Shown here: in pieces, positions 36,251-49,009 of the stretch
How the letters are laid out: each line of letters opens with the position of its first letter
How positions within the stretch are numbered: position 1 is the stretch's first letter
Source of the DNA: Selaginella moellendorffii
Taxonomy: Eukaryota > Plantae > Lycopodiophyta
DNA: 64,000 nt
Assembly: GCF_000143415.4 (NCBI RefSeq)
Contig: NW_003314271.1
Location: 682,001-746,000 of the forward strand
Direction: 5' to 3'
The notes under the pieces: generated by a model
Database searches by the model: none
What the model was told of the DNA's origin: nothing
The model's input: only the letters and a program-made list of their open reading frames with translations
Program-made: the position numbers and the translations under genes

Positions 36251-38271
36251 CATGAACCATCAATTGATATTTGGGGACCCTCTTTGCTTAAGATTTAAAT
36301 GGAGCTAAACATTTCTTGCTAATTGTGGATGACTTTAACAGCAATTTGTTTTCTCAAATAAAAATCTGAAACACCACAAGCTTTTTTGGATTGGATTCAT
36401 CTCTTAGAATCTTCACAAGCTCCTAGGAATTCCTTTTCATAGATTTTTGCACCATTTTACCTTTGCATAATTGCACAATAAATTGTAGTCCAAATCTTGG
36501 CACTATATGAATATGGCCAGAATGGAGTTATCAAAATGAAAATGCTTATAGTCTTGGATGCATCCTATACAATGCTTAAGGCCATGCACATTCCAACTTT
36601 CTTTTGGGCTGAGGCTATGATCCATGTACAGAATGTTCTCCCAACTAAGGTGGTACCTTGCAGGACACCATTTGAATTATGGACATGTATAAAACCAACA
36701 CTTTCTTACTTAAGCATGTTTGGTTGTGTTGGTTTTTTATATGTCTTCAATGAAGAATGATCAATCCACATGTTGTATGATGTTGGGATTCAGTGCGTTT
36801 TTAAAGAGACAACACTTGTATATTCACTATTGTCTATCAGCAAAAACATAGATTCTAGGTATTTTTTATCTTCAGAATTAAGCATTTGTTTGGATGTTCT
36901 CAATATCTCTCCAGTTAACATGGAAGTAGCACCACCACCCTTACTTGTCGGCCCTCCTCTTGAGAATCCACTGCTACCAATGGAAGATCCACTAGTAGTT
37001 CCCATGGAAGAACACGAATATAACGTTCTTGAAGAAGGTATCAATCTACAATGGAAATACAGATTAAGATGACAATAGAAGTATAGAGTTTTCTGAGCAT
37101 ATCACACATCAATCTCACCACCACAACGATCATCACGAACTTGGAAGTCAGTGCTGGAAATTTTCCAGTATGATGCTCACACAGCACAACAGCTACACTT
37201 TAGGAGGCAATAAAATGACCTTAATGGCAAGCTATGATGCAGGCGGAGTACACTAATCAACTGGAGAACAACTCATGGATCTTGGTTTCTCCAGAACACG
37301 TACAAATGGGGTTATTAATTGTTCCATGCAAGAAATTAAGGAAATTGAGAGGTACAAAGCACAGCTAGTAGCTAAACTTCTCACCTATAGTCAAGATGAT
37401 TTCTATTCATTTATCTCGGCAATTGCTAAGGATCAAGACATAGAGCAAATGGACATTAAGAATGTGTTTCTCAATGGAGAGCTTGAACAACTTGTTTATA
37501 TGCAGCAACCAGCTGGTTTTATATGGTAAAGAACACTACACATGCAAATGCTATTTAAAATAGTTAACAAGAATATGGATAATATTCTTAATACAGTTTT
37601 TCTAAGTTTTTGTTTTTCTAGGTGGAATCTATACCATTGCATTAAAGGTTATGATATGTGTTTATGTTAAGGATTTTGGTTTGGCTCAAAGTGACTGACT
37701 TATGTAAGTCTTTTTTTTTTTTTCTAGGTTTACAGGTCTCTCATGACATACTCAAAGAACAAAGTAATACAACTTGTTACAAAATAATGTCTCAAACCAA
37801 AAATAAATTAAATAAAATAGAAAACCTGAAATACGTATTGAGTTCATCAACACATGTATATACCTTCTTTCTTAACAGACTATCAATACTTTTTTACATC
37901 ATGCTCAGCTCTAACTCTAGCTCTACAATCCTACAAACTCTTGAAAGCAGACGAACCACATTTTGAGGGGGAGAAAAGGAAAATGGCAGCTCTACCTTAT
38001 CAGAACATGGTTGGTGCATTTATGTATATTGCCACAGTTGACAGACTTGATATATCAACAAGAGTCATGCGAGTTTGCCAATTCATGCAGAATCCAGGCA
38101 AGAGACATTGGTAGATATTCAATTATCTGGAAGGGACATCTTTGTTATTCATCAAATACCAGATCACCAAATCAAGGAACATTGGATCAAGAGCAATAGT
38201 ATCATATGGAATGGTGGATGTAAATTCAGTCAAAGACTTAAACAATAGGTGATCTACAACAGGGTATGTTT

Positions 38272-38719
38272 AATAGGTCTTCTAATGCTGTTGTTGCTCC
38301 TATGATGCTTTCTTTCTCCTATGATGGAATGAATACTCGCATATGGAAAAAATACTTGTTTATTAAAACCCCAAGACATTTATACGGTGATTTTGGTCTA
38401 ACACCTCCCCTCTATATGATCCTGGAGATTAAATTGAAGAATCACCTTACTCCCCCTTAGTTGTTGTAAAACTGAGCTTATATCGAAGCTTTCTAAATTG
38501 CTGGATAGTGAGTGTCATCTTTTGTGAGCAAATCTGCGATCATGTTGACTGTTGAAATGTGTTTGAGCTTGATATCTTAGATCCTTTCCCAAATGAAGGA
38601 ATGGAACATATCAAAGTGCTTGTTCCTCCCATGGTGAACCGGATTCAAGATGGATTGCAAACGCACTGTGTTATCATTATAGACATACGTATGGTGGTGC
38701 TCTTGATGTGCAAAGCTGA
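38272..38719 (-). mobile_element. Inverted copia 3' end (RNase H C-terminus, PPT, LTR-like sequence)
   Basis: Minus-strand YNDN..NPVHHGRNKHFD..KHISTVNMIADLLTK followed by TAAGGGGGAGTA. Confidence 0.75.
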
Positions 38720-39399
38720 GTGACAAAAACAGTCAAGGAAGGACTCTGGATTCGAAGAAACTTTCAAGACAGCGGCTTTGGAATTCAATCTCATATGTTA
38801 AGGTTCCACGCTTCACAGCAAGCAAGCAAGCAAGAAGATCTAATCACTCCATGGGTGCCATCCAGGTCCAGCTTCATCTATGCCACAGCCAAGAGAAATT
38901 GTTAGAGAAGAGCGCACACACACAAGCAATCCTCCCGAGCTCAACCGCCAGAGGCAACCAGTGCCGCCAGGGTCTTGCAGTTATATACCAATGGCAAACT
39001 GTTACTGCCTTTGACCAGCTGAGCAGGCGCCTTGACCATGGTCAATTGACAGCACAGGGGTAGAAAGAGCTCTGGATCAGAGAATCAAATCCCAGTCCTC
39101 CTTGTCATCCTCCACTTCTCTAGAAAAGCAACTTACAGAACTTGAAGGTCTCAGCTGCTACTTCCGAATCCACAGATTTTGACGAAATGGTGATAATAGT
39201 AGCTTAAAATATTTATTGTTAAAACTATCAAAAGCCTTCTAAATGCACAGTCAAATCCTAACAAGAAGTTGAATCATCTGTGTTATATACACGCTCATCT
39301 TCTTCTTTGATCCCAATTAAGCCCTCTTGGAACTCAGAGCTAACCTTGGGTGACCTGGTGAGAAGGTACAACAGGCGTTTCAGCTTGTTTCCTGATAAT

Positions 39400-40180
39400 C
39401 AAAATTACAGACATAAAACAATGAGTGCATGTTTTGAACGAGCTCTAGTCATACCTTCTTTGTGAGCTTGACAATGTAAGTGAACAAGGTTAGTTGCAAA
39501 TCGCAGTGAGTACCATCTCACAAATCTCACCAATTGTTTTGCCCTGGACATCAATTACATCAGAACATATGAGTGACCTATAGATATTTATTACCTGCTT
39601 CAATCCATCGTCCAGTAGTGTCACCCATTGGGCAGTCCTCTCTACTGCACATCCCCTTCATGAAGATGTAAGTGGCCTCTTTACCATGGAACATCGTCCC
39701 AGCAACGTCTCAATAACAGGCTCTCCAAAATCGCGACATCGCTTCTCCTGCCGAAGCTCTTGGGTGATAGAAGCCATTGCCACTTCTGAGTACTGGAACA
39801 CCTCTGCCCAGTGGCCAGCGCCTTTCCTTTGCACCACCGAGGAGAGCGCGAGGCATCGGCCACCCAGAAAATGCTCAGCGCAAACACCCCGCCTCCCGGC
39901 TTAAGAACCCCCCGTGACTGGCATCCAAGGTGCTCGTAAACGAATCACAACCGAGAACAAATTCCACCTCGAAATTGTTCCTACTCAACGATGTCCCTTG
40001 ATCGCGGATGTAGACTGTGGGATGGTGTACAAACCCGTTTCTGACTAGGTCCTTTGAGTGGCCGAGCAACCCATTCACGGCACCCCCAAAGAATATCGAA
40101 TGCCCACGGTGAAAAATCTTGATCTCTTCGAACACTTCGAGGTTGGTCGCAACAGTGAATTCCACCGTATGCATATGTCA
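39400..40180 (-). pseudogene. Possible F-box-family pseudogene fragment
   Basis: CIRWNSLL, ASHGGFL and TQKWQWLLSP occur in different frames; weak. Confidence 0.3.
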
Positions 40181-40462
40181 TGGGGTGTTTCTCCCTTCAG
40201 AAGCCCTAATTCCATTTAGAATCTTCGAATCAAAAGCCCTAGTTATAATAGCATATTCCTGGAATAATTTCCTTTTGATTCTTTGCGTGTTTTCCGGGGA
40301 TCCAACGGCCGTCCTGCGCAGCCCTCGCCAGCCCGGATTCTGCCACGTCACCCACGTCTGTGACTGTAGCAACAGGGTTAAGCGCAATGGAGCTGCTGCT
40401 GGGATCGCCTTGCTCGATGCCGGGATACTCCGTCTAGGTATGATATTTCGATCGAAGTGGCG

Positions 40463-43400
40463 ATGGCGGTGGAGAGCGGCGATCCACGTCCTGCCCGGAT
40501 TCGATGGCGCGTTGCCTCCGCCGCGGCAGTGGCGGCGGCCGCGCTGCTGCTCGGGATCTCGGGCCTGATGAAGGCGCTCCCCAATGCGTGCGTCATGACC
40601 TACATGTATCCCACGTATGTGCCCGTTCCATCGGGGCCTGGCTCGCCATCGGGGAAGTATGGATTGTTCCTCTATCACGAGGGGTGGAAGAAGATCGATT
40701 TTGAGCAGCATTTACGTCGCCTCGCCGGTGTTCCAGTTCTCTTCATCCCTGGCAACGGCGGCAGCTACAAACAGGTAATTTGATCTGTCTGGTCGACTTC
40801 CTAGAATTTTTTTTCCTCCATTCTCCTCCATTTTTTTGGTTCGATGTGTCCTTTGTTTTAGTTGCTTGGTCGATGGTTCTTCCTTCCACGGCTAAATTTT
40901 TTTTTTTTTTTTTTTTCTGTAGGTGCGATCACTTGGAGCCGAGTCGGATAGAGCATACAATGCTGGGCCTCAGGACAAAGCATACTACCAGCAATCATTT
41001 TTCACTCCCGACGAGGCCGGGATGAGCAACGTTGAGAACTTGTGGGGGCGAGAGTCGTGGGACTCTCCGGACCATGTACGAGATCTCTTGGCAGACGTGG
41101 GGCATCAAGAGGAGTACGTGAACCGGCTGGACTGGTTTGCCGTTGATCTCGAGGGAGAGCATTCGGCTTTGGACGGAAGAATTCTCGAAGAGCATACGGA
41201 GTATGTTGTCCAAGCTATTCACAGGGTAACAAGGTGTCAGTTCTTCTTTGATGTTTCTGCGCTTCTAACTTGTACTTGTGTGGTTTTTTTTTTTTCTCTG
41301 TAGATTTTGGATCAATACAGGGAATCCTTAAGAGCCAGATCTGGAGGGAAGAGAGGAAATGAGGACGCATTACCGACCAGCGTTATTGTCGTTGGACATT
41401 CCATGGGGGGATTTGTCGCAAGAGCTGCCGTCGTCCATCCGGAGCTGAGGAAAGGAACAGTACAGACTGTTGTGACGATTTCTAGCCCGCACTTGTGAGT
41501 TTCTAGCGTCGTACTTGGTGTTTTCAGCTGACAGTAAATGTTTTCTTCAGGCTACCTCCCTTGGCACTTCAGCCATCGCTTGGTCATTTTTTCTCGAGAA
41601 TAAACAAAGCATGGCGGATGGGTTATAGCAGTCCAAGGTCAAGGTCTGGAAGGCCGAGGCCTAGTAGCGAGGCCCCACTCTCAGATGTTATAGTGATATC
41701 TTTGCCGGGTGGGATTTACGATTACCAGGTAATCCAGAATTGAGTCAGTATAATAACTCTACCTTGTTATTCAGGTTCGTTCTAGAATGGCTTCACTTGA
41801 TACTATTGTTCCAGCAACAAATTCACTTACCGTTGGGGCGCCTGAAATGCTGAATGCATGGCTTTCTACCGAGCACCAGACGATATTGTGGTGCAATCAA
41901 CTCGTTGTTCAGGTGTGCACGACCAAAAAACTTTCGGTTCTCACTCTAAAATACTTATAAACCTTTTGTAGCTTGCACACACACTCCTAAACGTTGTTGA
42001 CAGGCAAACTGGTCAGGTGATATCAAGTCCTCGTACGAGACTGGCAGTTTTTATTGCAAGACTAAGAAGTGCCATTCCGCAAACCTTTGGCTGGCTCGCA
42101 ACAGCTGATTTAATGGATGACAAGGAATCAGCATCTGGCAGAAACGGTATTCATCTATTGCCTCTTCAATGATCGATTATGATATTTGGCTGCAGATAAA
42201 AGCACAGCGGCGAAACCGAAGTACGTGGGTCGCTATGCATGCCCGAGAACGTTTCAGTGGGAAGGTGATAGGGACTTTCATGTTGACACTTCTTTAGTGA
42301 CAGTTTTGGCCATGGACGGTAGAAGGCGTTGGCTGGATATTCAAAAGCAGGTGACGGGTATGTCTTAAGCTAGAACAACAGTCTAAAATGTTTTGCAGGC
42401 AGTACATGGCAGATCAAACTTTGTTCTAGTGACAAACTTTGCACCATGTTTGGGAATTCGAGTTCACTTATGGCATGGAAAAAGCAAGAAAGCCAATCAC
42501 AACGCTGTCGAAGTTACGGCAAAGATGGTTCAATTGCCTTCAGCACCGGCACCCCGTCAGGTTGTACACGATTAAGACTTTTTTCTCTTAAATCTTTCAT
42601 CTTGCAGGCTGAGCCTGGAGGACAATCCGAGCAGGCTTCTCCATCAGGAATCTTGAGACTAAGCGCAGACGATCTGGAGGGATTTCGCTACATAACTATT
42701 TCTGTGGCACCTCGTCCAGTATGTTCTTGTTATTTCCTGTCTTGTTGTTTTATCTGCAATCTGCCTTCTAGACCGTGGTAGGACGGCCTCCACCAGCAGC
42801 ATCCATGGCTGTAGGCCAGTTTATAGACCCGAGAGATGGGAGTGCATTTTTGTCGGCTTGGTCAATCCTTTCTTCTACTTACAGATCTCAGGTAAGTTCG
42901 TAACTGTATTCAAAGGGATGAAATGACGGCTTCTTTCTGCAGAGTCTACATCTAAACGAGAAGCATCCTTTGGTGATGAACTTTTCGGTCTCTGTCGGCT
43001 TTGGAGTTTTGCCACTCTTAATGGAAGTAAAAACGGCAAGCTGTGGCATTTCGGATAGGCAACAGGCAGGCGATAGTGAAGTTGCAAGTAAGTTTTAACT
43101 AGTAAAGAACTCGAAGCTCCGTTCTAAAACAACTTACAGACCTTTGCAAGCTTCGCTGTTTTCCACCGCTGGCAATGCTTTGGGACCCTTATGCGGGTCT
43201 TCAAATACTTCCTAATCTGCGCGTGGAAACTATTGTATCCGACTCTTCTACTGTCTTACCTGGCCTCAAGTATGGTTCTCAAGAAGCATCCATGGTTCTA
43301 TTGGTAAGATAAATATTGCCTGAGCTTCTAGTTTATTTTTGCGTTTTTTATTGCAGGCTGACCCGCATTGTGGTTATAACATTACATTTAAATTGGCGAA

Positions 43401-44834
43401 ATCCATCACTGTTAACAGGTTTCTATTAACGCATGCGTCACAGGTACATTCAGTGCGAGCTCGTATCTGTTTTCTAATTCCACTGTTTATTTACAGATTG
43501 GAGGATTCATGGTAGCGGTTTTGCTGTATGCCTTAAGTCGACAAGCTCGTGCATGGGAACTTGATACCTCCTTTCCCTCGCTTTATGCTTGCCTGGAACG
43601 AAATTTTATGTTTCCAGTGCCGTTTCTTCCGCTGTGTTTTGGCCCCTTATTTATTTATTTTTTCCGTACGACAATTGGAGGCGATATTCCACCTCCATAT
43701 GTGCAAACATCGGTTGTGGCTGCTATTTGCTACGTAATTGCCAATGGGATTATGGCCGTCCTTGCTGTAGGGAGCATGCTCACCTTTCATGCGACTGCAT
43801 CTCTTCAAGTGTTCTTGCGGTCCAGGTAAGAAACTCTTGCAGTTTTCTCGCGTGCTAATAGTATATGTTTTGATTAAATCAGGTGGCAGTCGAAATGGAA
43901 CAGTAGATGGCTACGGCGTCTGTTTGATCAAGTCTCTGTTTGCTTCAATCTCCAGGTTTGTTTTCTCTTTTCTAAACGTTGTCGCTGATGCTGTGAAAAC
44001 GCAGATGGTGAGGAAGGTCAGAGCGGTGCCAAGACTGACCACGGGGATAGTGGCAACTGTTCTTGTGTTTTTTGTTCATCCTGTCTTGGGACTCTCAGTG
44101 CTACTTCTAGCGCATACATGGTCGTGCCATCTTGCGCTTTGCAGGTACGTTCATTTGCGTGTGTTGTTTTCCTGATTAATCAAAGTGGAATGAATCCTCC
44201 GCAGCTATCGCGAGACGAGAGCGACTGCAGATAGGCCACAAGCAGACGCTAACTCCCGAAGAAACGGGCATCACAACGGCGGCAAAGATGATCTAGACGA
44301 GAGCAGCGTCGTCGACACAAAATCCGTGGCGCTTGTTCACCTCGAGTCCTTCAAATTCTTCCAGGGCTTGCTCCTCCTACACTTCACAGCCACAGCCATG
44401 CTCCTCCCCTCTTTCATCGCGTGGACACAGGTACTATACTTTTCTCCTCCTCTTTCGTAGTAATAGTAATACTAACACTCAAAAAACTCTTTCATCTCCA
44501 GAGACCCAAAGTCGATCGGACACTTCCATGGTTTCTGGACTCGCTACTGTGCTTCGGCGTCCTTCTCCACGGCCTCTACGCGAGCAGCGGCGGCGCAGAC
44601 ACCATCTCCTCTTTCAGCCGCTTCGAAGCACTGAGAAGCTACGGATTGAGCGTGGTTTTTGCGGTGAGTGGATTGTATACTTACTGGGCAGGGCTGTGCT
44701 TGGCTCCCTATCGAGCGTTCTACGCTTTCGCGGCCATTGGTTTGATCACTTCAGTGATGAGATACACAGACAAGAACAAGGGAGATTGCTGCTCCTTGTA
44801 CAAGAGTAAAAGGCGGCATTTTCACGGGCATTAA
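40463..44834 (+). CDS. PGAP1: PGAP1-like GPI inositol-deacylase (alpha/beta hydrolase), many short introns
   Basis: N-terminal TM; CVMTYMYPTY; PVLFIPGNGGSYKQVRS; lipase motif VGHSMGG; SPH; DYQVRS; EHQTILWCNQ; C-terminal TM segments. Confidence 0.9.
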
Positions 44835-45048
44835 GTTTTAACCACTGTACTTTTTCTGAGGTGAAAATAGTTTGCCTTGAGGATTTACCGGAATCTATGG
44901 CCGTCCGATGTAGATGGATTCTCCTAGAATCCATGCCATGTAAATGCCACGTGGGTTTAAAATTAACCCTTTACGTGGGCAAATAAAAGGACATACATTT
45001 CACTCGAAAGTATAGGGCTAGGGTTTTTTGGCGGGGGGCGCCGTCTCC

Positions 45049-46846
45049 ATGGCGGGCGGCGAGTGGCGGGGAGATTTCGTGAGTAGTGGGAGGATTCTAG
45101 CGATAGCGTCGATGGTTCTAACTCCTGATTCGGTCGATCGTGCAGAGATTTGGCGGTAGAGCTGATGCGGTCAAATTCGAGAGCAAAAGCAAGCAGGATT
45201 GCCTGAGGCGGCGCCAGGTGATCAGTGAATTGCTCAAGAACAAGGAGAAGGAGAAGGAGAAAGAGAAGGAGCGATTGAATGGTAAGGAGAGCGGCCGTGA
45301 TCGGGATCGCGGTTTCTTTGGCCCCAGCAGCAGCTCAAAACCTATACAAAGACCGCTCAAGCCTGTCAGACCTATCCCAAAGGTACGTTCTTGCATTGGC
45401 AGTGGGAACAATTTTTCTGGATTTGCTTTTCAGGCGAAACAAGAGTGTGTGAAGAAACTCAAGGATGCTCGCGATTTTACCTTCCTGTTTAACGAGGGTG
45501 GCAGTCCAGCGGCGCAGAAGCCTACCTCCAACGGGAGCTCTGGTACTTAAAGCTTTCCTTACCTTTCTACTGTGTTTTATAAGAGTGCTTAGTTCACAAT
45601 GTCAGGAGTAAAGCAAGCGAGGAACGTAAAGCTAGCGAACCTCGCAAAGCCGTGCAGAAGCCTCAGGAGCGTAAGGTGACGGAGGTGAAGGCTGGAAAAC
45701 TTGCGCAGGAGATTTTGAAGAGCAATTCCTTGAAGCCGCCTGTTAAACTGGCTGGACCTACAGCTCCAAGGCCTTCGAGTGCTCCTCCAAGTACATCAAA
45801 ACCTACAGTGAAAGCATCCAAGCCAAGCAGACCGCCGGTAAAGGTAGACATCTATGGTTTTCTAGTTTTTCCTCTTCAATCTTACGGATCCATTACGCAT
45901 TTGCAGCCGAAAGTAAATCCTCAGGAGGCAAAGAAGCTAAAAGAAGGGCGAGACTACAGTTTTTTGTTTGACGATGGCGGCGATTCAAAGCCTCGGAACG
46001 AGAGGCCCAATGGTATGTTTCACAAGCAATGTAACTGAAGATACTGATGGTGGATTTTTTCAGGAAGCAAGGACATGCCACCGAGATCTTCGGAAAAAAA
46101 GGTTGTCAGTTCGAGTACAAAAATGTCCTCGAAGCCTGTACAGCCATCAGTTAAACCTCCATCAAGACCCGCAACGGCAGTGACAAAGACCACCGCGAAA
46201 CCAGTCGATAGACGGCCTTTACCTGACAAAAGAGTACCAGATAAAAGGCCACTGCCAGAGAAAAGACCAAATCAGCAACAAGGTGTGAAGCGCAAGCACG
46301 AAAGCGAGCCACCGGGACCTTCGAAACAGGTACCACGAATCCTGGTTTTCTACTTCGCTAAAACCTTTTTGAAACAGAGTAAGCCTCTTGTAAGCCATTC
46401 CAAGCCACAGCCGAAGACCGCGATCACGAAAAATAAGTCGCTGATCGACCGCAGACATGCGTTTCGAGACCTTTCTAGCGACAGTGACGAGGATGAGGAG
46501 AGGGGCATCGTCAAATTGCCAAAACAATTCCGGTATGCGAAGCTAACTTTCGTGGATTCCTTGCCACAAGTGATGTCTCTTCTGTTTGTTTTCAGGCTTT
46601 CAAGGCGTTACCGGGACGATGGATATGATTCCTCGGATTCTTCCAACATGGAAGTCGGGTTTAGTGCGATCCAAGCGGAGGAAGCGCGAAGGTATGTATT
46701 CTTTGCTCTCGAGAAGAAGCGGTACTAAACTCCTCCTCCTTGTGTGAATCAGTGCTCGAATTGCTCGCCAGGAGGACGAAGAACAGCTCAAGTTAATCGA
46801 GGAGGAAGAACGGCAAGAAAGATTGCGTAAGAGAAGGAAAGCGTGA
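45049..46846 (+). CDS. SPT2: SPT2 chromatin protein family
   Basis: GFFGPS, KKLKDARDFTFL repeats, Lys/Pro-rich middle, C-terminal MEVGFSAIQAEEARSARIARQEDEEQ. Confidence 0.8.
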
Positions 46847-46945
46847 AACGAGCCATGTACATTTGATTCATTGAAGGTATGCTTCGACATAAAGGATATT
46901 CTTTTTTTAAACGTAAAGGATGTTTATCCTTAACCTGGTAGATGC

Positions 46946-47037
46946 CACGTGCCCTTAGAATATTCTCTTGACACTTAGGAGGTTTGACTTAAACCTGGTA
47001 ATTTTAACGGACGGTTTTAGTAGGATTTTGCCACGTG
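46946..47037 (+). promoter_or_regulatory. Two G-box (CACGTG) elements upstream of the Pro-rich gene
   Basis: GCCACGTG at 46944-46951 and 47030-47037; AACCTGGTA duplicated nearby. Confidence 0.4.
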
Positions 47038-47059
47038 TTTTTCTTTCTCGAGCTCGGCT

Positions 47060-47371
47060 ATGTCGATCGCGAGGATTGTGGCCAAGTTCCAGTGCTCGAG
47101 GGGGGCGGCGACGGCGGCGCTAGCGTCGCCAGGAGTTCCAATTCCATCGCCAGGCTCCCCGCCGCCTCGCCCATCGGAGGCTCCGACTCCGAGCCCGCCA
47201 GTTCCAGAGATTCCGCGCGTTCCTCCGGGATACCCAGGCACCGATCCGCCCCAGGATGTTCCTCCCATTCCTCCCACGCCGGATCTCTATCCGCCAGGCC
47301 CGGAGATCCCAAATCCATCGCCGCCAAGGCCAGAGATGCCTGGGAACTTCCCGCCCCCGGCATACTGTTGA
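47060..47371 (+). CDS. Small proline-rich protein with transit-peptide-like N-terminus
   Basis: 103-aa ORF with basic/Ala/Ser N-terminus followed by PEIP/PPP repeats. Confidence 0.55.
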   Translation: MSIARIVAKFQCSRGAATAALASPGVPIPSPGSPPPRPSEAPTPSPPVPEIPRVPPGYPGTDPPQDVPPIPPTPDLYPPGPEIPNPSPPRPEMPGNFPPPAYC

Positions 47372-47540
47372 GTGCTAGGTCCTAGCGAAGAAGTTTCCTC
47401 TTGTAAAAATCACCACCATTTCCAGAAATCCAAAGCTTTGCCTGTGAGTCTTAGAACTTCGAGTCGATGATCAGCCAAGGGGTTTCATACGTACCAATTA
47501 TGTACATTGAATGGATCAGTGTGTAGTTTTGTACAAGAGT

Positions 47541-48563
47541 TTAGAAGAAGGTCCAACTGTAGTAAGCTTTCTCGACGATGCCACCGCCGCAGCGAATTGC
47601 CTGGTTGAGATTTTCCAGGCCAGGCGGTACTCCCCACAGCAATGGAATCGCTACTGTCATCTTGAGCTTCTCGTGGAGATCGCTGGACGTGAGCTTGGCA
47701 GCGATAACAACCTGTGACAAAACAAACAAAGATCATCGCAAGAAGTTCACGCCATTTTCGATCCATACCTCTCCGCCTTGTTCTAAAACCGTGTCTTCGA
47801 CAACGTCGCTGAGCATCTCCACGGAGCGGCAAAAGCCAAAGACGCAGAACCGGCGGCCTAAATCCAAACCCTGCATCGAAAGTTCCGTTGGATCTATAAT
47901 CTAGGAGAAGATCACACGAGAAGCTTACGTTTGTAGCAGCGATATCAAAGACGGCACCGAGGCAGAGCTCCTGCTTGGGATCCATGTACTGCTCTTCGCG
48001 AAAGCGCCGTAGTCTTTGTTTCTTCTATCCAAAAAGAAAAAAAGAAAAAGTGAAGAGAACACTGTCGAAAGGAAAAATCCACTATTCATACCCTCGAAGA
48101 ACTCACGGGACGTGCAAATCTGGAGCCCCCAATTCGCACAAGCCCTTCGCTAGTGAAGAGAGTGATGGTGTCTCCTTGCATCCATTCGACAGCTGCCATA
48201 AACAATCGAACTGGTTTGAGTGCCTGTTGATCCGATAGAAGAGCATTACACACAAATTCCACGGGGGTAAAACAAGGAAATCCAAAGAAGAAAAAACTCA
48301 CCATCGGAGTTTTGCCACGAAGAATCCCATGGATACGGCCCATACGAATCTTCCGAGCTGAGATTATCGTCGCTGGAAGCACACGGGCGCGCCGACCTCC
48401 TGCCACTCGCGCTGCCTAGCATGAGATTGGACCCGTCAAACCTGGCGTGAAGGGGCGATCTTCGTGTAGAGCTGTGATGAATCCACGGGCCTTGAAATCC
48501 AGCGCCTAGATTGAATGGCTGCGAGAGCGCTAGAACATCCATAGGGCTTCCCAATGGCCGCAT
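47541..48563 (-). CDS. Conserved plant uncharacterised protein, probably plastid-targeted (multi-exon)
   Basis: Transit-peptide-like start; spliced YGPYPWD..ITLFTSEGLVRIGG..FREEQYMDPKQELCLGAVFDIAATN..GLDLGRRFCVFGFCRSVEMLSDVVEDTVLEQGGE..VAIPLLWGVPP..GGGIVEK. Confidence 0.75.
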
Positions 48564-49009
48564 TCTCTTTCCCTGGAATCACAGACCATACCAAGGAGAA
48601 GCCCTAGGACTATCGCTTTGGAAATCTGACGGTTTGATTTCCTTATTACGATCTCGCCACGTGTTATAGAATTTTCGTGGAAGACTGTTCCGTGCTTGCG
48701 CGTTCTTCGCACGTCCAATACTGCGAAAAATCCCGGCCGCCCAAGTGATTATACTCATACCAAAATGCTCGAAAGAGTTCAAGATATAAGGATTTTCACT
48801 ACACTTTAAGTAAAGATCAATTGTAAAAGCTTAATCTTTGGCAATAGACATAAATAAAAGCAATGATCTTCTTCAGCTTGATCTTTCTAATGAGAAGAGC
48901 TCTCAGCACTGAAGCACAGCAGTATTAGCAACAGAACACTATACCATGGTCATGGATTCCAAAAGCAGTAAAGGTTGTAAATTTTCAGTTTAAGAACCCT
49001 AAAATTTCA

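Larger units (their letters stand above)
34500..38790 (+). mobile_element. Decayed, rearranged Ty1/copia retrotransposon
   Basis: Disrupted peptides NVLYIPKLVKHLLFISKL, IDIWGP..FLLIVDDF, FWAEA..TPFELWT..MFGC (integrase), RYKAQLVAK, QMDIKNVFLNGEL..YMQQP (RT), PYQNMVG, STTGY, KEGLWIRR (RNase H). Confidence 0.85.
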
